A stretch of 59,097 nt of DNA from an uncultured Acidobacterium sp. (GTDB lineage: Bacteria; Acidobacteriota; Vicinamibacteria; Vicinamibacterales; UBA2999), in assembly GCA_964495855.1 (NCBI GenBank), contig CAZBYY010000001.1, forward strand, positions 1 to 59,097. The letters run 5' to 3'. This document shows positions 8,757-23,022 of the stretch, one piece after another. Made by a program: the position numbers and the translations under genes. The notes under the pieces are model-generated. The model had not been told where the DNA came from, ran no database searches, and saw only the letters and a program-made list of their open reading frames with translations. How positions within the stretch are numbered: position 1 is the first letter of the stretch; each line of letters begins with the position of its first letter.

Positions 8757-8788
8757 ATTTCCACACCTGTGGAAAAGGTTGTGGAAAA
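8757..8788. promoter_or_regulatory. Cluster of three DnaA boxes upstream of dnaA
   Basis: ATTTCCACA (8757-8765, forward). TGTGGAAAA (8768-8776) and TGTGGAAAA (8780-8788) are both the reverse complement of TTTTCCACA, which fits TTWTNCACA exactly. Boxes 1 and 2 form a head-to-head palindrome. An AT-rich stretch (8793-8837, 16/47 G+C by hand count) follows, up to the dnaA ATG. Confidence 0.7.
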
Positions 8789-8837
8789 ACCCGCGAATAT
8801 TTGGGTTTAAGTCCTTATATTTCATAAACTTACGTGA

Positions 8838-10208
8838 ATGTCTACCGGAACTGTTTGGGATCAGGTGCTCAGTCGCATCGAGGATCAAGTCGGAAAACAC
8901 AGTTTTTCGACCTGGTTTAAGCCGACGTCCCTCCTGGCTGATGGCGGACAAAGCCTGTCGATCCGTGTGCCAAACCCGTTGTTTGTCGAGTGGCTTCCCA
9001 AGCATTACTCCGTGGTTTTGGCTGAGGCGCTCCGCGACGTCGGCAGGCCAGACGTCAAATTGCTCTTCATTCCAGACGGCAGCGCGGCGGCGGCCTCGGA
9101 AGCGAGTGCGACGAATCGGGCGCCGGCGCTCATCACACGAGAGGCCTCCGACGCGCGCGGGGGTGCCGAGAGTGTTGAGGAAGCGCCTCGTGCCGGCAGC
9201 CTGATTCCTCGTTACACCTTCGACACGTTCATCGTAGGGCCGTCGAATCAATTCGCACACGCCGCCTGCCGGGCGGTTGCGGAGACGCCGTCGCGGTCGT
9301 ACAACCCGCTGTTCATTCACGGGGGCGTCGGCCTCGGCAAGACCCATTTGATGCACGCCATCGGCCATTACGTGGTCCAGCACCATCCAGGGCTCGTGCT
9401 GACTTACATCTCGTCCGAGCGATTCATGAACGAGATGATCAACGCCGTCCGCTTCGACCGCATCCTGGATTTCAGATCGCGTTATCGCAGCGTGGACGTC
9501 TTGCTCGTCGATGACATCCAGTTTGTGTCGGGCAAAGAGGGCACCCAGAACGAGTTTTTTCACACGTTCAACGCGCTGCACGACGCGCAAAAACAGATCG
9601 TCATCAGCAGCGATCGCCCTCCCCATGAAATTCCCGCCCTGGAAGAACGTTTACGCTCGCGATTCGAGTGGGGGCTGATCGCCGACATCCAGACGCCGGA
9701 CGTCGAGACGAAAGCCGCGATTCTCAAGCGGAAAGCCGAAGAAGAAGGCGTGCCGCTGCCGAATGACGTGGCCATGCACATGGCGAGCCGCATCAAGTCC
9801 AACGTGCGCGAACTCGAAGGCTCGTTGATCCGCTTGATCGCATACTCATCGCTCACGGCAAAGCCACTCACGATCGAGCTGGCGCATGAAGTCCTGCGCA
9901 ACGTACTCGACCATGATGAACGGGCCGTGACGATCGAACAGATCCAGAAGTACGTAGCGGACTTCTATCACTTGAAGTTGAACGAGCTGAAGTCCCGCAA
10001 TAATTCAAAGTCGGTCGCCATGCCGCGACAGGTGGCGATGTATCTGTGCAAGACCCTCACGCACGCATCGCTGCCGGAGATTGGCCGCAGCTTTGGGGGC
10101 AAGCACCACTCGACCGTAATTCACTCCATCAAGAAGGTTGAGAAACTCCGTCAGAAGCACGGAGACTTCGATAAACAGGTCGCAAACCTGATCGAAGGCC
10201 TGAAATAG
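8838..10208 (+). CDS. dnaA: Chromosomal replication initiator protein DnaA
   Basis: 456-aa ORF starting with ATG. AAA+ Walker A is NPLFIHGGVGLGKTHLMHAIG. Box VII/sensor regions are present. The C-terminal DNA-binding helix is GGKHHSTVIHSIKKVE. Confidence 0.97.
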   Translation: MSTGTVWDQVLSRIEDQVGKHSFSTWFKPTSLLADGGQSLSIRVPNPLFVEWLPKHYSVVLAEALRDVGRPDVKLLFIPDGSAAAASEASATNRAPALITREASDARGGAESVEEAPRAGSLIPRYTFDTFIVGPSNQFAHAACRAVAETPSRSYNPLFIHGGVGLGKTHLMHAIGHYVVQHHPGLVLTYISSERFMNEMINAVRFDRILDFRSRYRSVDVLLVDDIQFVSGKEGTQNEFFHTFNALHDAQKQIVISSDRPPHEIPALEERLRSRFEWGLIADIQTPDVETKAAILKRKAEEEGVPLPNDVAMHMASRIKSNVRELEGSLIRLIAYSSLTAKPLTIELAHEVLRNVLDHDERAVTIEQIQKYVADFYHLKLNELKSRNNSKSVAMPRQVAMYLCKTLTHASLPEIGRSFGGKHHSTVIHSIKKVEKLRQKHGDFDKQVANLIEGLK

Positions 10209-10433
10209 CGTTTTCCACAGGCTTGATGTTCATGAATTGTGGAGGTTGAGGATGGGGCGAAAGACCCCTTCGCGGCCGGGACTGAACCCACGTTCCATTC
10301 ACAGAAAAATGCACAGTTTAAATATTTGAAAATCAAAGACTTGTGGCTGATGGAAATTTCGTAAACAAGACCTACTTCTTGTATACTTTTATATCTTCGC
10401 CTTTAACTCAAATCTCAGAGGTTAAGTAGGGCT
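10209..10433. promoter_or_regulatory. dnaA-dnaN spacer with one perfect DnaA box plus an AT-rich tract (candidate oriC/DUE module)
   Basis: TTTTCCACA at 10211-10219. Degenerate boxes are present (CCATTCACA, TCAGCCACA on the reverse strand, AAATGCACA). Hand counts give 19/60 G+C for 10321-10380 and 13/40 for 10381-10420, against about 60% nearby. Confidence 0.5.
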
Positions 10434-14098
<3,665 letters not shown>

Positions 14099-14128
14099 CG
14101 ATCTTGTGAGCTGGTGATCAGAGACTGA

Positions 14129-16642
14129 ATGGACGTTAACGTCAATCGTACGCCGGTCAACATCGAAGACGAGATGAAGCGCTCGTACCTCGATTACGCG
14201 ATGAGCGTGATCATTGGTCGAGCGCTGCCTGATGTTCGCGATGGTTTGAAGCCCGCCCACCGGCGCGTGCTCTACGCGATGCGGCAAATGGGGCTCGCGT
14301 CGAATCGCGCGTATCGCAAGTGCGCGAAGATCGTCGGCGAAGTCATCGGCAACTACCACCCGCACGGCGATGCACCCGCGTACGACACCCTCGTCCGCCT
14401 GGCGCAGGACTTCAACATGCGCAACACCCTGGTGGATGGCCAGGGTAACTTCGGCTCGGTCGACGGCGACCCACCCGCGGCGTATCGCTACACCGAAGCA
14501 CGCCTGGAAGCGCTCGCTGAAGCGCTGATGGCCGATCTCGACAAGGACACGGTCGACTTCCAGCCGAACTTCGACGAGACCACGACCGAACCCACGGTGC
14601 TGCCAGCACCGTATCCCAACCTGCTCGTCAATGGTTCCACGGGCATCGCCGTGGGCATGGCCACGAACATTCCGCCGCATAACCTCGGCGAGGTGTGCGA
14701 CGGCGTCATGTGGTTCATCAAGACCACACTGATGGGAGGGCCGGACGGTCCGCCCCAGGAGTTGTCGCGCGAGCAGAAGCTCAAGGAACTGATCCGGCTG
14801 ATTCCTGGTCCTGACTTCCCCACTGGCGGCATGATCGTCGGGCGGCGAGGCATCCACGAGGCCTACGTCAGCGGCCGTGGCGGCATCCAGGTGCGCGCCA
14901 AGGCTGAAATCGAGACGACGAAAAAGGGCGACCGCCAGCAGATCATCGTCACGGAGATCCCCTACCAGGTAAACAAGGCGAAGCTGCTCGAACGCATCGC
15001 GGAACTGGTCCGCGAAAAAACGATCGAAGGAATTTCAGACCTGCGCGACGAGTCGGATCGCTCGGGCATGCGCATTGTGATCGAGTTGAAGCGCGGCGAG
15101 GTTGGCGAGGTGATCCTCAACAATCTCTACAAGCACACCTCGTTGCAGCAGACGTTCGGAATCATCACGCTCGCCATCGTGGCCGGACGGCCGAAGGTGC
15201 TCAGCCTGCTCGAGGTCATTGAGCACTTCGTCGATTTCCGTCGCGAAGTGGTGCGCCGACGCATCGAATTCGAGCTCCGCAAGGCCGAGGCTCGGGCCCA
15301 CATCCTCGAAGGTCTGCGGATCGCGCTCGACAACCTCGACGCCGTCATCAAGCTGATCCGCGGATCGAAGAATCCTCCCGAAGCCAAGGCCGGCCTGACG
15401 TCCAACTTTGGCCTCACGGACATCCAGGCGCAAGCGATTCTCGACATGCAGCTCCAGCGGCTCACGGGGCTCGAACGCCAGAAGATCCTGGACGAGCTCG
15501 CGGAACTCACCGAGCTGATCACGCGCCTGCGCGGCATCCTCGCCGACCAGAAGAAGCTGCTGCAGATCATCGTGGACGAGCTGCAACAGGTCAAAGACAA
15601 GTTCGCAGATGCGCGCCGCACGCAGCTGATTGATGAAGAGGGCGAGTTCAGCATCGAGGACCTGATCACCGAGGAAGACGTCGCGGTGACGGTCACCGAC
15701 ACCGGATACATCAAGCGGACGCCGATCACCACCTATCGGACGCAGAACCGCGGCGGCAAGGGCCGCATCGGCATGCGCACGCGCGAGGAAGACGTCGTCA
15801 ACCACCTGTTCGTGGCCTCGACGCACTCGTACATGATGATCTTCTCCAATCGCGGGCGCGCGTACTGGTTGAAGATGCATGAGATTCCAGACGTCGGCCC
15901 GGACCACAAGGGCAAGTCAATCGCCAACCTGGTTCAATTCGAAGACGGCGAGAAGCTCGCCGCCATGCTCGCGGTCCAGGAATTCGATGATCAGCACTTT
16001 ATCGTGATGGGGACCAAGAAGGGCACGATCAAGAAGACCGAGTTGTCGGCGTTCTCGAACCCTCGTGCCGGCGGCATCATCGCCATGGGCATCGAAGACG
16101 GCGATACGGTGATCGACGTCCAACTGTCCGACGGCCAGAGCGAAATCTTCATCGGTACCCGTGACGGCAAGGCGATCAGGTTTGCAGAGGACGAAGTCCG
16201 CTCCATGGGCCGAACGGCGTACGGTGTGCGCGGTATCCAGCTGCGAGACGACGACGAAGTGGTGTCGATGCAGGTGGCCAAGCCCGGCGGCACACTGCTG
16301 ACGGTCACTGAAAAGGGCTACGCGAAGAACACGCTGATCGACGAGTATCGCGTGACGGGCCGCGGTGGCCTTGGCGTCAAGAACGTCGAGGTCACCGACA
16401 AGAACGGCCATGTCGTCGCGATCACGCAGGTGCACGCGAACGAGGAATTGCTGGTGATGACGGAGCAAGGCAAGATTCTCCGCACGCCCGCCAACGAAAT
16501 TCGCACCATCGGCCGCGCGACTCAGGGCGTGAGGCTGATGGACCTCGATGGCGAAGACAAGATCGTGTCCGTCGCGCTCGTCGACGCGGCCACCGTAGAC
16601 ACACCGGAGAACACCGGCGAAGGTCCAGGGGAGGGTGCATGA
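14129..16642 (+). CDS. gyrA: DNA gyrase subunit A
   Basis: 837-aa ORF. Motifs include [21 protein letters not shown] and the active-site region [11 protein letters not shown]-terminal beta-pinwheel repeats are present. Confidence 0.97.
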   Translation: MDVNVNRTPVNIEDEMKRSYLDYAMSVIIGRALPDVRDGLKPAHRRVLYAMRQMGLASNRAYRKCAKIVGEVIGNYHPHGDAPAYDTLVRLAQDFNMRNTLVDGQGNFGSVDGDPPAAYRYTEARLEALAEALMADLDKDTVDFQPNFDETTTEPTVLPAPYPNLLVNGSTGIAVGMATNIPPHNLGEVCDGVMWFIKTTLMGGPDGPPQELSREQKLKELIRLIPGPDFPTGGMIVGRRGIHEAYVSGRGGIQVRAKAEIETTKKGDRQQIIVTEIPYQVNKAKLLERIAELVREKTIEGISDLRDESDRSGMRIVIELKRGEVGEVILNNLYKHTSLQQTFGIITLAIVAGRPKVLSLLEVIEHFVDFRREVVRRRIEFELRKAEARAHILEGLRIALDNLDAVIKLIRGSKNPPEAKAGLTSNFGLTDIQAQAILDMQLQRLTGLERQKILDELAELTELITRLRGILADQKKLLQIIVDELQQVKDKFADARRTQLIDEEGEFSIEDLITEEDVAVTVTDTGYIKRTPITTYRTQNRGGKGRIGMRTREEDVVNHLFVASTHSYMMIFSNRGRAYWLKMHEIPDVGPDHKGKSIANLVQFEDGEKLAAMLAVQEFDDQHFIVMGTKKGTIKKTELSAFSNPRAGGIIAMGIEDGDTVIDVQLSDGQSEIFIGTRDGKAIRFAEDEVRSMGRTAYGVRGIQLRDDDEVVSMQVAKPGGTLLTVTEKGYAKNTLIDEYRVTGRGGLGVKNVEVTDKNGHVVAITQVHANEELLVMTEQGKILRTPANEIRTIGRATQGVRLMDLDGEDKIVSVALVDAATVDTPENTGEGPGEGA

Positions 16643-17337
16643 AGAAGGGAATCGCCATAGCGCTTTTGCTTGTTCCGGCCACGCTCTTTGTCGCAAGCTG
16701 CTCCCGGCCGCCCGAGCAGCAGTTCCTGACCCAGTTCTTCCGCGCCGCCAAGGCCCGGGACAACGCGACCGTCGGCAAGATGTCGGCCGTCGAGCTCGAT
16801 CCTCGAGAGAAGGGATCCGTCGAAAGCTTTTCGATTGAGAGCATTAGTCCCGAGACGAAGACCCCCCTGTCGTTCAAGCCGTTCTTCGAAGCCGAAGCGA
16901 AAGCCGCTGAGGACGAGAAGGCGTTCCTGAAGACAAAGATCGATTACCAGACGGCCAACATCAAGGCCATCGAAGAAGTCTTGAAGATCGAAGCGCAGCC
17001 GGCGCCGAAGTACACGCCGGCACAGCAGAAGGTCAAGGACGAGTGGGACAAGTGGCGCCAGGGCATTGCGGATCATGCCCGCACGACCGCGACCGCGTCC
17101 GCCAACATCAAGCGCGCAACGAGCGTGGCGGAAGCGTCGCTCACGCAGCCGGGCCAACCCGCGCTCGATCCGAAGACCTTCGAAGGCGAGACCATCAAGA
17201 AGGACGTGACCGTGAAGGCAAAATTCAAGTCTGCCGACGGTCAGACGTCAGACAAGACGCTGGTGATCACGATCGAGCGTGTCACGGGCGGCGGCCGCGA
17301 AGGCAGGCCGATTATTACGAAGATCAGCGGCCTCTAG
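16639..17337 (+). CDS. Hypothetical lipoprotein, translationally coupled to gyrA
   Basis: 232-aa ORF. Its signal peptide has a lipobox ([13 protein letters not shown]). Its ATG overlaps the gyrA stop (ATGA at 16639-16642). Amino-acid composition is balanced. I recognise no family. Confidence 0.7.
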   Translation: MKKGIAIALLLVPATLFVASCSRPPEQQFLTQFFRAAKARDNATVGKMSAVELDPREKGSVESFSIESISPETKTPLSFKPFFEAEAKAAEDEKAFLKTKIDYQTANIKAIEEVLKIEAQPAPKYTPAQQKVKDEWDKWRQGIADHARTTATASANIKRATSVAEASLTQPGQPALDPKTFEGETIKKDVTVKAKFKSADGQTSDKTLVITIERVTGGGREGRPIITKISGL

Positions 17338-17383
17338 GCGGGTTCGCGGATCGACAGGCAGGCAGATTGATCAGGGCGCGGCG

Positions 17384-19711
17384 TCAGGCTCGTTGGAGCT
17401 TGGCGTACCGCGCCCTGAGTGTTTTTGTACCAACAGAGACGAACTTGACGACGACCTTCTGGTCGTCTTCGAGATCTTCAACACTGACAATGGTGCCCGG
17501 ACCAAATTGCGCGTGGCTGACGCGCGCACCAGGACGGAAGCCCGGGGTTTGGTCCTCGTCCTCATAGCGGAAATTCTGCGTTGCCACTTTTCCGTCGTCA
17601 TCGACGCGCTTCGAATAGCTGCGGCGGCCATACGGATTCGAGCGATACTCAAAGCCGCCTCCGCCGAAGCCACGGTTGCCAGACCCGCCGCCGTAACTAC
17701 CGCCGTAGTTGTTTCGGCTATTGAACGAGCTCGTGTACGACACGTCCTGTTCGATCAGGTCCTGGGGAATCTCGTCGATGAATCGCGACGGTTCCGTTGA
17801 CTGGTACTCTCCAAACACGCGACGGCGAGCCGCACTCGTCAGGATCAACTGCTTCCGCGCGCGAGTGATGCCGACGTAACACAGCCGCCGTTCTTCTTCG
17901 AGTTCAGCCTCGTCTTCGCGAGAACGCGAGTGCGGGAACAGCCCTTCCTCGAGTCCGGCGAGCACGACGGTCGGGAACTCCAGGCCCTTTGCCGAGTGCA
18001 GCGTCATCATCATGACGCGTGGGTCGCTCTTTTGGCCCTGGTCCTTGTCGATGTCCGACAGCAGCGAGAGCCGATCGACGAATCCGCCGAGCGACGGCTC
18101 CGCCTCCCTCGTCTCGTACTCGCGCGCGGCCGACACGAGCTCCATGAGGTTCTCGATGCGTGCCTCGGATTCTTCGCTCTTGTCTTCGCGCAAATCGCGA
18201 AGGTATCCGGATTGATCGAGCACCTTGCCGAGCAGGATGGACACAGGCTCACGTCTGGCTACATCTGCGAGGCCTGAAATCAGGTCGCGAAACGCTGCAA
18301 GGGCAGCCACTTGTCGCGAGGACAGCCTGCGGCCGTCCACGGCCGTGACGAGCTTGGTCCACAACGAGTTCTGCGCGACCGTTGCGCTCAGGCCGACAAG
18401 CAGGGGCGGCAAGTTCGTATCGACTTCCGACACGTCCACGGCTTCGAGTGCGTCCATTACGCCCTTGCCGATGCCCCGCGCCGGGACGTTGATCACGCGT
18501 CGCAGCGCGATGTCGTCGTGCGGATTCAAGATCAGTTTCAGGTACGCGAGTGCGTCCTTGATTTCCCTGCGCTCGTAGAAACCGACACCGCCGAGAATCA
18601 CGTAGGCGATGCCGGCGGCGCGAAGCGAATCCTCAACCGCACGCGACTGCGCGTTGGTGCGATACAGCACTGCCGTCAGGGCTTTGTAATCCTCTTCGAT
18701 GGCCTTCCGGACGACGCGGGTGATGTAGTCGGCCTCTTCAAGTTCATCCGAACCCCGGAACAACTTGATCTTGGCGCCACCTTTGGCGTCGGTCCACAAC
18801 GTCTTCTTCTTGCGATTCTTGTTGTTTTCGATCACCGCCGACGCGGCGTCGAGGATCACTTCGGTCGAGCGGTAGTTCTGCTCCAAGCGCACGATGTGCG
18901 CATCGGCGAAGTCGCTCTCGAAGTCCATGATGTTGCGCAGGTCGGCGCCGCGCCACTTGTAGATCGACTGATCCGGATCGCCGACGACGGCAAGATTGCG
19001 ATGCTTGCCGGCGATCTGCTTGATCAGGAGGTACTGCGGCCGATTGGTGTCCTGGTACTCGTCCACCATGACGTAGCGGAAGCGATGGGCATAGCGCTCC
19101 CGCACCGCGGGATTCTTGTCGAACAATTCCACGGTGGCGAGCAACAGGTCGTCGAAGTCGAGCGCACTCGCATCGCGCAGCGCCTTCATGTAGCCCTGGT
19201 AGATCTTGCCGATCTCCTTGTCACGAGGGTTCCACGTATTCATGAAACTCTCGGGGCCCTCCATGCGGTTCTTGGCGGCGCTGATGCGGCCGAGCACCAT
19301 GCGAGGCTGGTAGGTCTCGTCGGCGAGGTGATATTCCTTGAGCAGCTGCTTGATGACCGCCTGCTGGTCGGCGGAGTCGTAGATCGTGAAGTCCCGGCTC
19401 AGGCCGATGTTGTGCGCCTCGCGACGCAAAAGGCGCGCGCACAGCGCATGGAACGTCGACACCCACATGGCTCGGCAATCCACGCCGAGGATGGTCTCAA
19501 CACGCTCGCGCATCTCCTGCGCGGCCTTGTTGGTGAAGGTGACCGCCATGATCTGGTCCGGATGGGCGATCTGCTCAGAAATGAGATATGCAATGCGATG
19601 CGCGATGACGCGCGTCTTTCCTGATCCCGCTCCAGCGAGGATGAGGAGCGGGCCTTCGGTGTGTCGTACAGCTTCTTGCTGCGCAGGATTCAGCGAGGAG
19701 AGAAGATCCAA
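17384..19711 (-). CDS. pcrA: UvrD/PcrA-family ATP-dependent DNA helicase with a Gly/Tyr/Arg-rich C-terminal tail
   Basis: 775-aa ORF with a TTG start. Motifs include LNPAQQEAV, Walker A AGAGSGKT, DEYQDTN and VTLMT/HSAKGLEF-type motifs. The C-terminus ends in a small beta-rich module (GARVSHAQFGPGTIVSVE...VVVKF). Confidence 0.93.
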   Translation of the reverse strand: MDLLSSLNPAQQEAVRHTEGPLLILAGAGSGKTRVIAHRIAYLISEQIAHPDQIMAVTFTNKAAQEMRERVETILGVDCRAMWVSTFHALCARLLRREAHNIGLSRDFTIYDSADQQAVIKQLLKEYHLADETYQPRMVLGRISAAKNRMEGPESFMNTWNPRDKEIGKIYQGYMKALRDASALDFDDLLLATVELFDKNPAVRERYAHRFRYVMVDEYQDTNRPQYLLIKQIAGKHRNLAVVGDPDQSIYKWRGADLRNIMDFESDFADAHIVRLEQNYRSTEVILDAASAVIENNKNRKKKTLWTDAKGGAKIKLFRGSDELEEADYITRVVRKAIEEDYKALTAVLYRTNAQSRAVEDSLRAAGIAYVILGGVGFYERREIKDALAYLKLILNPHDDIALRRVINVPARGIGKGVMDALEAVDVSEVDTNLPPLLVGLSATVAQNSLWTKLVTAVDGRRLSSRQVAALAAFRDLISGLADVARREPVSILLGKVLDQSGYLRDLREDKSEESEARIENLMELVSAAREYETREAEPSLGGFVDRLSLLSDIDKDQGQKSDPRVMMMTLHSAKGLEFPTVVLAGLEEGLFPHSRSREDEAELEEERRLCYVGITRARKQLILTSAARRRVFGEYQSTEPSRFIDEIPQDLIEQDVSYTSSFNSRNNYGGSYGGGSGNRGFGGGGFEYRSNPYGRRSYSKRVDDDGKVATQNFRYEDEDQTPGFRPGARVSHAQFGPGTIVSVEDLEDDQKVVVKFVSVGTKTLRARYAKLQRA

Positions 19712-19716
19712 CGCTC

Positions 19717-21561
19717 CTATTCTACCGTGACACTCTTGGCCAGGTTCCGCGGTTGATCGACATCGCAGCCACGGCGCACCGCAATGTAGTACGACAGAAG
19801 CTGCAGCGGTAGAGAAATCACGATTGGCATCAACAGCCGATCAGTCGCAGGAACTGCGACAAGGCTGTCGCTGTCGCTCAGCAGATCCTTCAACGTCGTA
19901 TCGCCTTTGGTGGTGATCGCAATGATCGATCCGCCACGCGCTTTCGCTTCCTGGATGTTGCCCTGCATCTTTTCGAACACGTGATCGTGCGTCGCGAGGG
20001 CGACGACCGGCATCTTCTCGTCGATCAGCGCGATGGGACCGTGCTTCATCTCCCCCGCCGGATACCCTTCAGCGTGGATGTAGGAGATTTCTTTCAGCTT
20101 GAGCGCGCCTTCGAGCGCGATCGGATAATTGATGCCGCGGCCCAGGTAGAGAAAATCGGAACGGTTGTAGAACCTGGCGGCGATCTCCTCCATGACCTTG
20201 CCGGTGGCCTTCAGTGTCTCTTCGAGCACCTTCGGCAGCTGCATCAATGCGGCGATGTGCTGCGCGCGTTGCTCGGCCGACAACGTGGCTTTCACTTCGG
20301 CGAGCTTGAGTGCGAACAGATAGAGCGCAACGAGTTGCGTCGTGAAGGCTTTTGTGGACGCGACGCCGATTTCCGGTCCGGCGTGGGTGTAGATCGTGCC
20401 CTCCGCTTCGCGGGTGGCCATGCTGCCGACGACGTTGCAGATCGACAGGCTACGGGCGCCCTTTGCCTTGGCCTCTCGCATCGCGGCGAGCGTGTCGGCG
20501 GTTTCGCCTGACTGGGTGATCGCGACGGCAAGCGTCTTGTTGTTGACGATCGGGTCTCGATAGCGGTACTCGGAGCCGTAGTCGACTTCCACGGGAACCT
20601 TGGCGAGCTCTTCGATCATGAACTTGCCGACGAGCGCCGCGTGCCACGAGGTGCCGCAGGCGAGGAGCGTGATCTTGTCGATGGCCTTGAGGTCGGCGTC
20701 CGAGATCGCCATCTCGTTCAGATGGACGAGGCCGGTATCCAGGGAGGCGCGCCCGAGGATGGTTTCGCGGACCGCTTCGGGCTGCTCAAAAATTTCCTTG
20801 AGCATGAAGTGCTTGTAGCCGGCCTTCTCCGCTGAAATCGGATCCCAAGTCACGCGGAGCGGCTTGCGATCCATCGTCTTGCCGTCCAGCGTCTGGAACG
20901 TGACGCCGGTCTTCGTGAGGACGGCCATCTCCCGGTCTTCGAGAAACACGACATCGCGCGTGTGGCTGAGGATCGCGGGCACGTCCGATGCGACGAAGAA
21001 TTCGCCGTCGCCAATTCCGACAACGATGGGCGGCCCATTGCGCACCGTCACTAACTTTTCCGGGTCGTCAGCCGACATGAGTACAAGGGCGAACAACCCG
21101 CGAACGCGTTTCATCGCGCGCAGCACGGCATTTTCAAGTCCGTCGTTCCTCCATTCCTTCTGAACGAGGTGCGCGACGACTTCGGTGTCGGTTTCGGATT
21201 CGAACTTGTGGCCCTCTGCGATCAGCTCGCGCTTGATCTCGAGGTAGTTTTCGATGATGCCGTTATGAACGACGACGATCCGTCCGGAACCGTCGCGATG
21301 GGGATGCGCGTTTTCTTCCGTCGGCCGCCCGTGCGTCGCCCATCGGGTGTGGCCCAGGCCGTAGACGCCTGCGAGCGGCTTTCCATTGATGGAGTTTTCG
21401 AGGTTGATCAGCTTTCCTGCGCTGCGCCGGACCTCGATCGCGCCGTCTTGCACGACGGCCACACCTGCCGAATCGTAGCCGCGGTATTCGAGGCGGCGAA
21501 GCCCGTCCAGAAGAACGGGGACGACTGGCTTAGGGCCGATATACCCAACAATCCCGCACAT
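19717..21561 (-). CDS. glmS: Glutamine--fructose-6-phosphate aminotransferase
   Basis: 614-aa ORF. The N-terminus is MCGIVGY (Ntn amidotransferase). Two SIS domains are present. The C-terminus is NLAKSVTVE. Confidence 0.97.
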   Translation of the reverse strand: MCGIVGYIGPKPVVPVLLDGLRRLEYRGYDSAGVAVVQDGAIEVRRSAGKLINLENSINGKPLAGVYGLGHTRWATHGRPTEENAHPHRDGSGRIVVVHNGIIENYLEIKRELIAEGHKFESETDTEVVAHLVQKEWRNDGLENAVLRAMKRVRGLFALVLMSADDPEKLVTVRNGPPIVVGIGDGEFFVASDVPAILSHTRDVVFLEDREMAVLTKTGVTFQTLDGKTMDRKPLRVTWDPISAEKAGYKHFMLKEIFEQPEAVRETILGRASLDTGLVHLNEMAISDADLKAIDKITLLACGTSWHAALVGKFMIEELAKVPVEVDYGSEYRYRDPIVNNKTLAVAITQSGETADTLAAMREAKAKGARSLSICNVVGSMATREAEGTIYTHAGPEIGVASTKAFTTQLVALYLFALKLAEVKATLSAEQRAQHIAALMQLPKVLEETLKATGKVMEEIAARFYNRSDFLYLGRGINYPIALEGALKLKEISYIHAEGYPAGEMKHGPIALIDEKMPVVALATHDHVFEKMQGNIQEAKARGGSIIAITTKGDTTLKDLLSDSDSLVAVPATDRLLMPIVISLPLQLLSYYIAVRRGCDVDQPRNLAKSVTVE

Positions 21562-22973
21562 CAGATCTTTGCCTTTGCTTCCTTCGCTTCTTTGCGGCGA
21601 GCGACCCAGCCATCCTTATTCTCCTGCCGGGCGCGCCCAATGGCGAGCGCGCCAGCCGGCACGTCCGTGGTGACGGCGGATCCTGCTGCAATGTACGAGC
21701 CATCGGCTAAGGTAACCGGCGCGACGAGCGTGCTGTTGCTTCCAACAAAGACGTTGGCGCCGATGGTCGTCTGGTGCTTCTTGTCGCCGTCGTAGTTGCA
21801 GGTGATGGTGCCGGCGCCGACGTTGGATTTCTCGCCGATTGTCGCATCACCGAGGTACGCAAGATGATTCGCCTTCGCACCCTTCCCCATCGTCGTCTTC
21901 TTGAGCTCGACGAAGTTGCCGATGTGGGCGTCCTCGCGTACCTGCGAGCCGGGTCGAATGTGCGCGAACGGGCCGAGGAACGCTCCGGCTTCAACTGTGG
22001 AATCGGTGACCACAGTGTGGTTGCGCACACACACACGGTCGCCGATGGTCGAGTTGACGATCCGGCTTCCAGCGTGGATTTCGCACGCCGACCCGATCTT
22101 CGTTGAACTCTCCAGGAACACGCACGGGTGAATCACGGTATCGGCTCCGACGACGACGTCAGCGTCGATGTAGGTCGTTGCGGGATCGATGAGCGTGACG
22201 CCCGCGGCCATTAATTCTTCGTTCTTCTGCTGGCGAACCATGGTGGCGACCTCAGCAAGTTCGGTGCGGCTGTTGATGCCGCGGATTTCGTCTGCGCGCG
22301 AGACAGTCCAGGTGGCGACGGTACGTTTCTGCTTGCGATAGATCGCGACCAGATCCGGCAGGTAGTATTCGCCTTGCTTGTTTGCCGTGCCGATCGAATC
22401 GAGCGCCGGGAACAACGGTTCCAGATCGAACGCGTAGATACCCGAGTTGATTTCGGTGATCGCACGCTGTGCCGGCGTCGTGTCCTTCTCTTCCACGATC
22501 TTCGAGATGACACCGTTCGAGCGGACGATCCGGCCGTACCCAAACGGCCTGGGCACGTTGGCGGTGATGACGGTTGCCGCGGCCTGCGCCTCCGCATGCG
22601 CCTCGAGCAGCGCCTGCAGCGAGGCAACCTTCAGCAGTGGTACGTCTCCGGACAGAAGGACCACACTGCCGTGCTGATGCTCGAGCAGCGGTCGTGTCTG
22701 GAGCAGGGCGTGACCGGTGCCGAGCTGCTGTTCCTGCGTCACGAATCGAATGGCAGGACGTCCTTCGAGAGACTGCCGGACGGCGTCGGCACCGTGACCA
22801 ATGACGACGGTGATGCTCTTGGGTTCGAGGGCGGAGGCGGTTCTAATAACGCGCTCGATGAGAGAAAGCCCGGAGATCGCGTGGAGCACCTTCGGCAACT
22901 GGGACTTCATCCTGGTGCCCTTGCCGGCGGCAAGCACGACGACATGGATATCTCTCACAGCGGCCAAATCCAA
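21561..22973 (-). CDS. glmU: Bifunctional UDP-N-acetylglucosamine pyrophosphorylase / GlcN-1-P acetyltransferase
   Basis: 470-aa ORF. The N-terminal nucleotidyltransferase motif is [14 protein letters not shown]-terminal left-handed beta-helix hexapeptide repeats are present. Its stop overlaps the glmS ATG by 1 nt. Confidence 0.95.
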   Translation of the reverse strand: MDLAAVRDIHVVVLAAGKGTRMKSQLPKVLHAISGLSLIERVIRTASALEPKSITVVIGHGADAVRQSLEGRPAIRFVTQEQQLGTGHALLQTRPLLEHQHGSVVLLSGDVPLLKVASLQALLEAHAEAQAAATVITANVPRPFGYGRIVRSNGVISKIVEEKDTTPAQRAITEINSGIYAFDLEPLFPALDSIGTANKQGEYYLPDLVAIYRKQKRTVATWTVSRADEIRGINSRTELAEVATMVRQQKNEELMAAGVTLIDPATTYIDADVVVGADTVIHPCVFLESSTKIGSACEIHAGSRIVNSTIGDRVCVRNHTVVTDSTVEAGAFLGPFAHIRPGSQVREDAHIGNFVELKKTTMGKGAKANHLAYLGDATIGEKSNVGAGTITCNYDGDKKHQTTIGANVFVGSNSTLVAPVTLADGSYIAAGSAVTTDVPAGALAIGRARQENKDGWVARRKEAKEAKAKI

Positions 22974-23022
22974 ACCCCCATCTTAGCAACCCCGCGAGGC
23001 CAAATATCATAGGTTATAAGAC

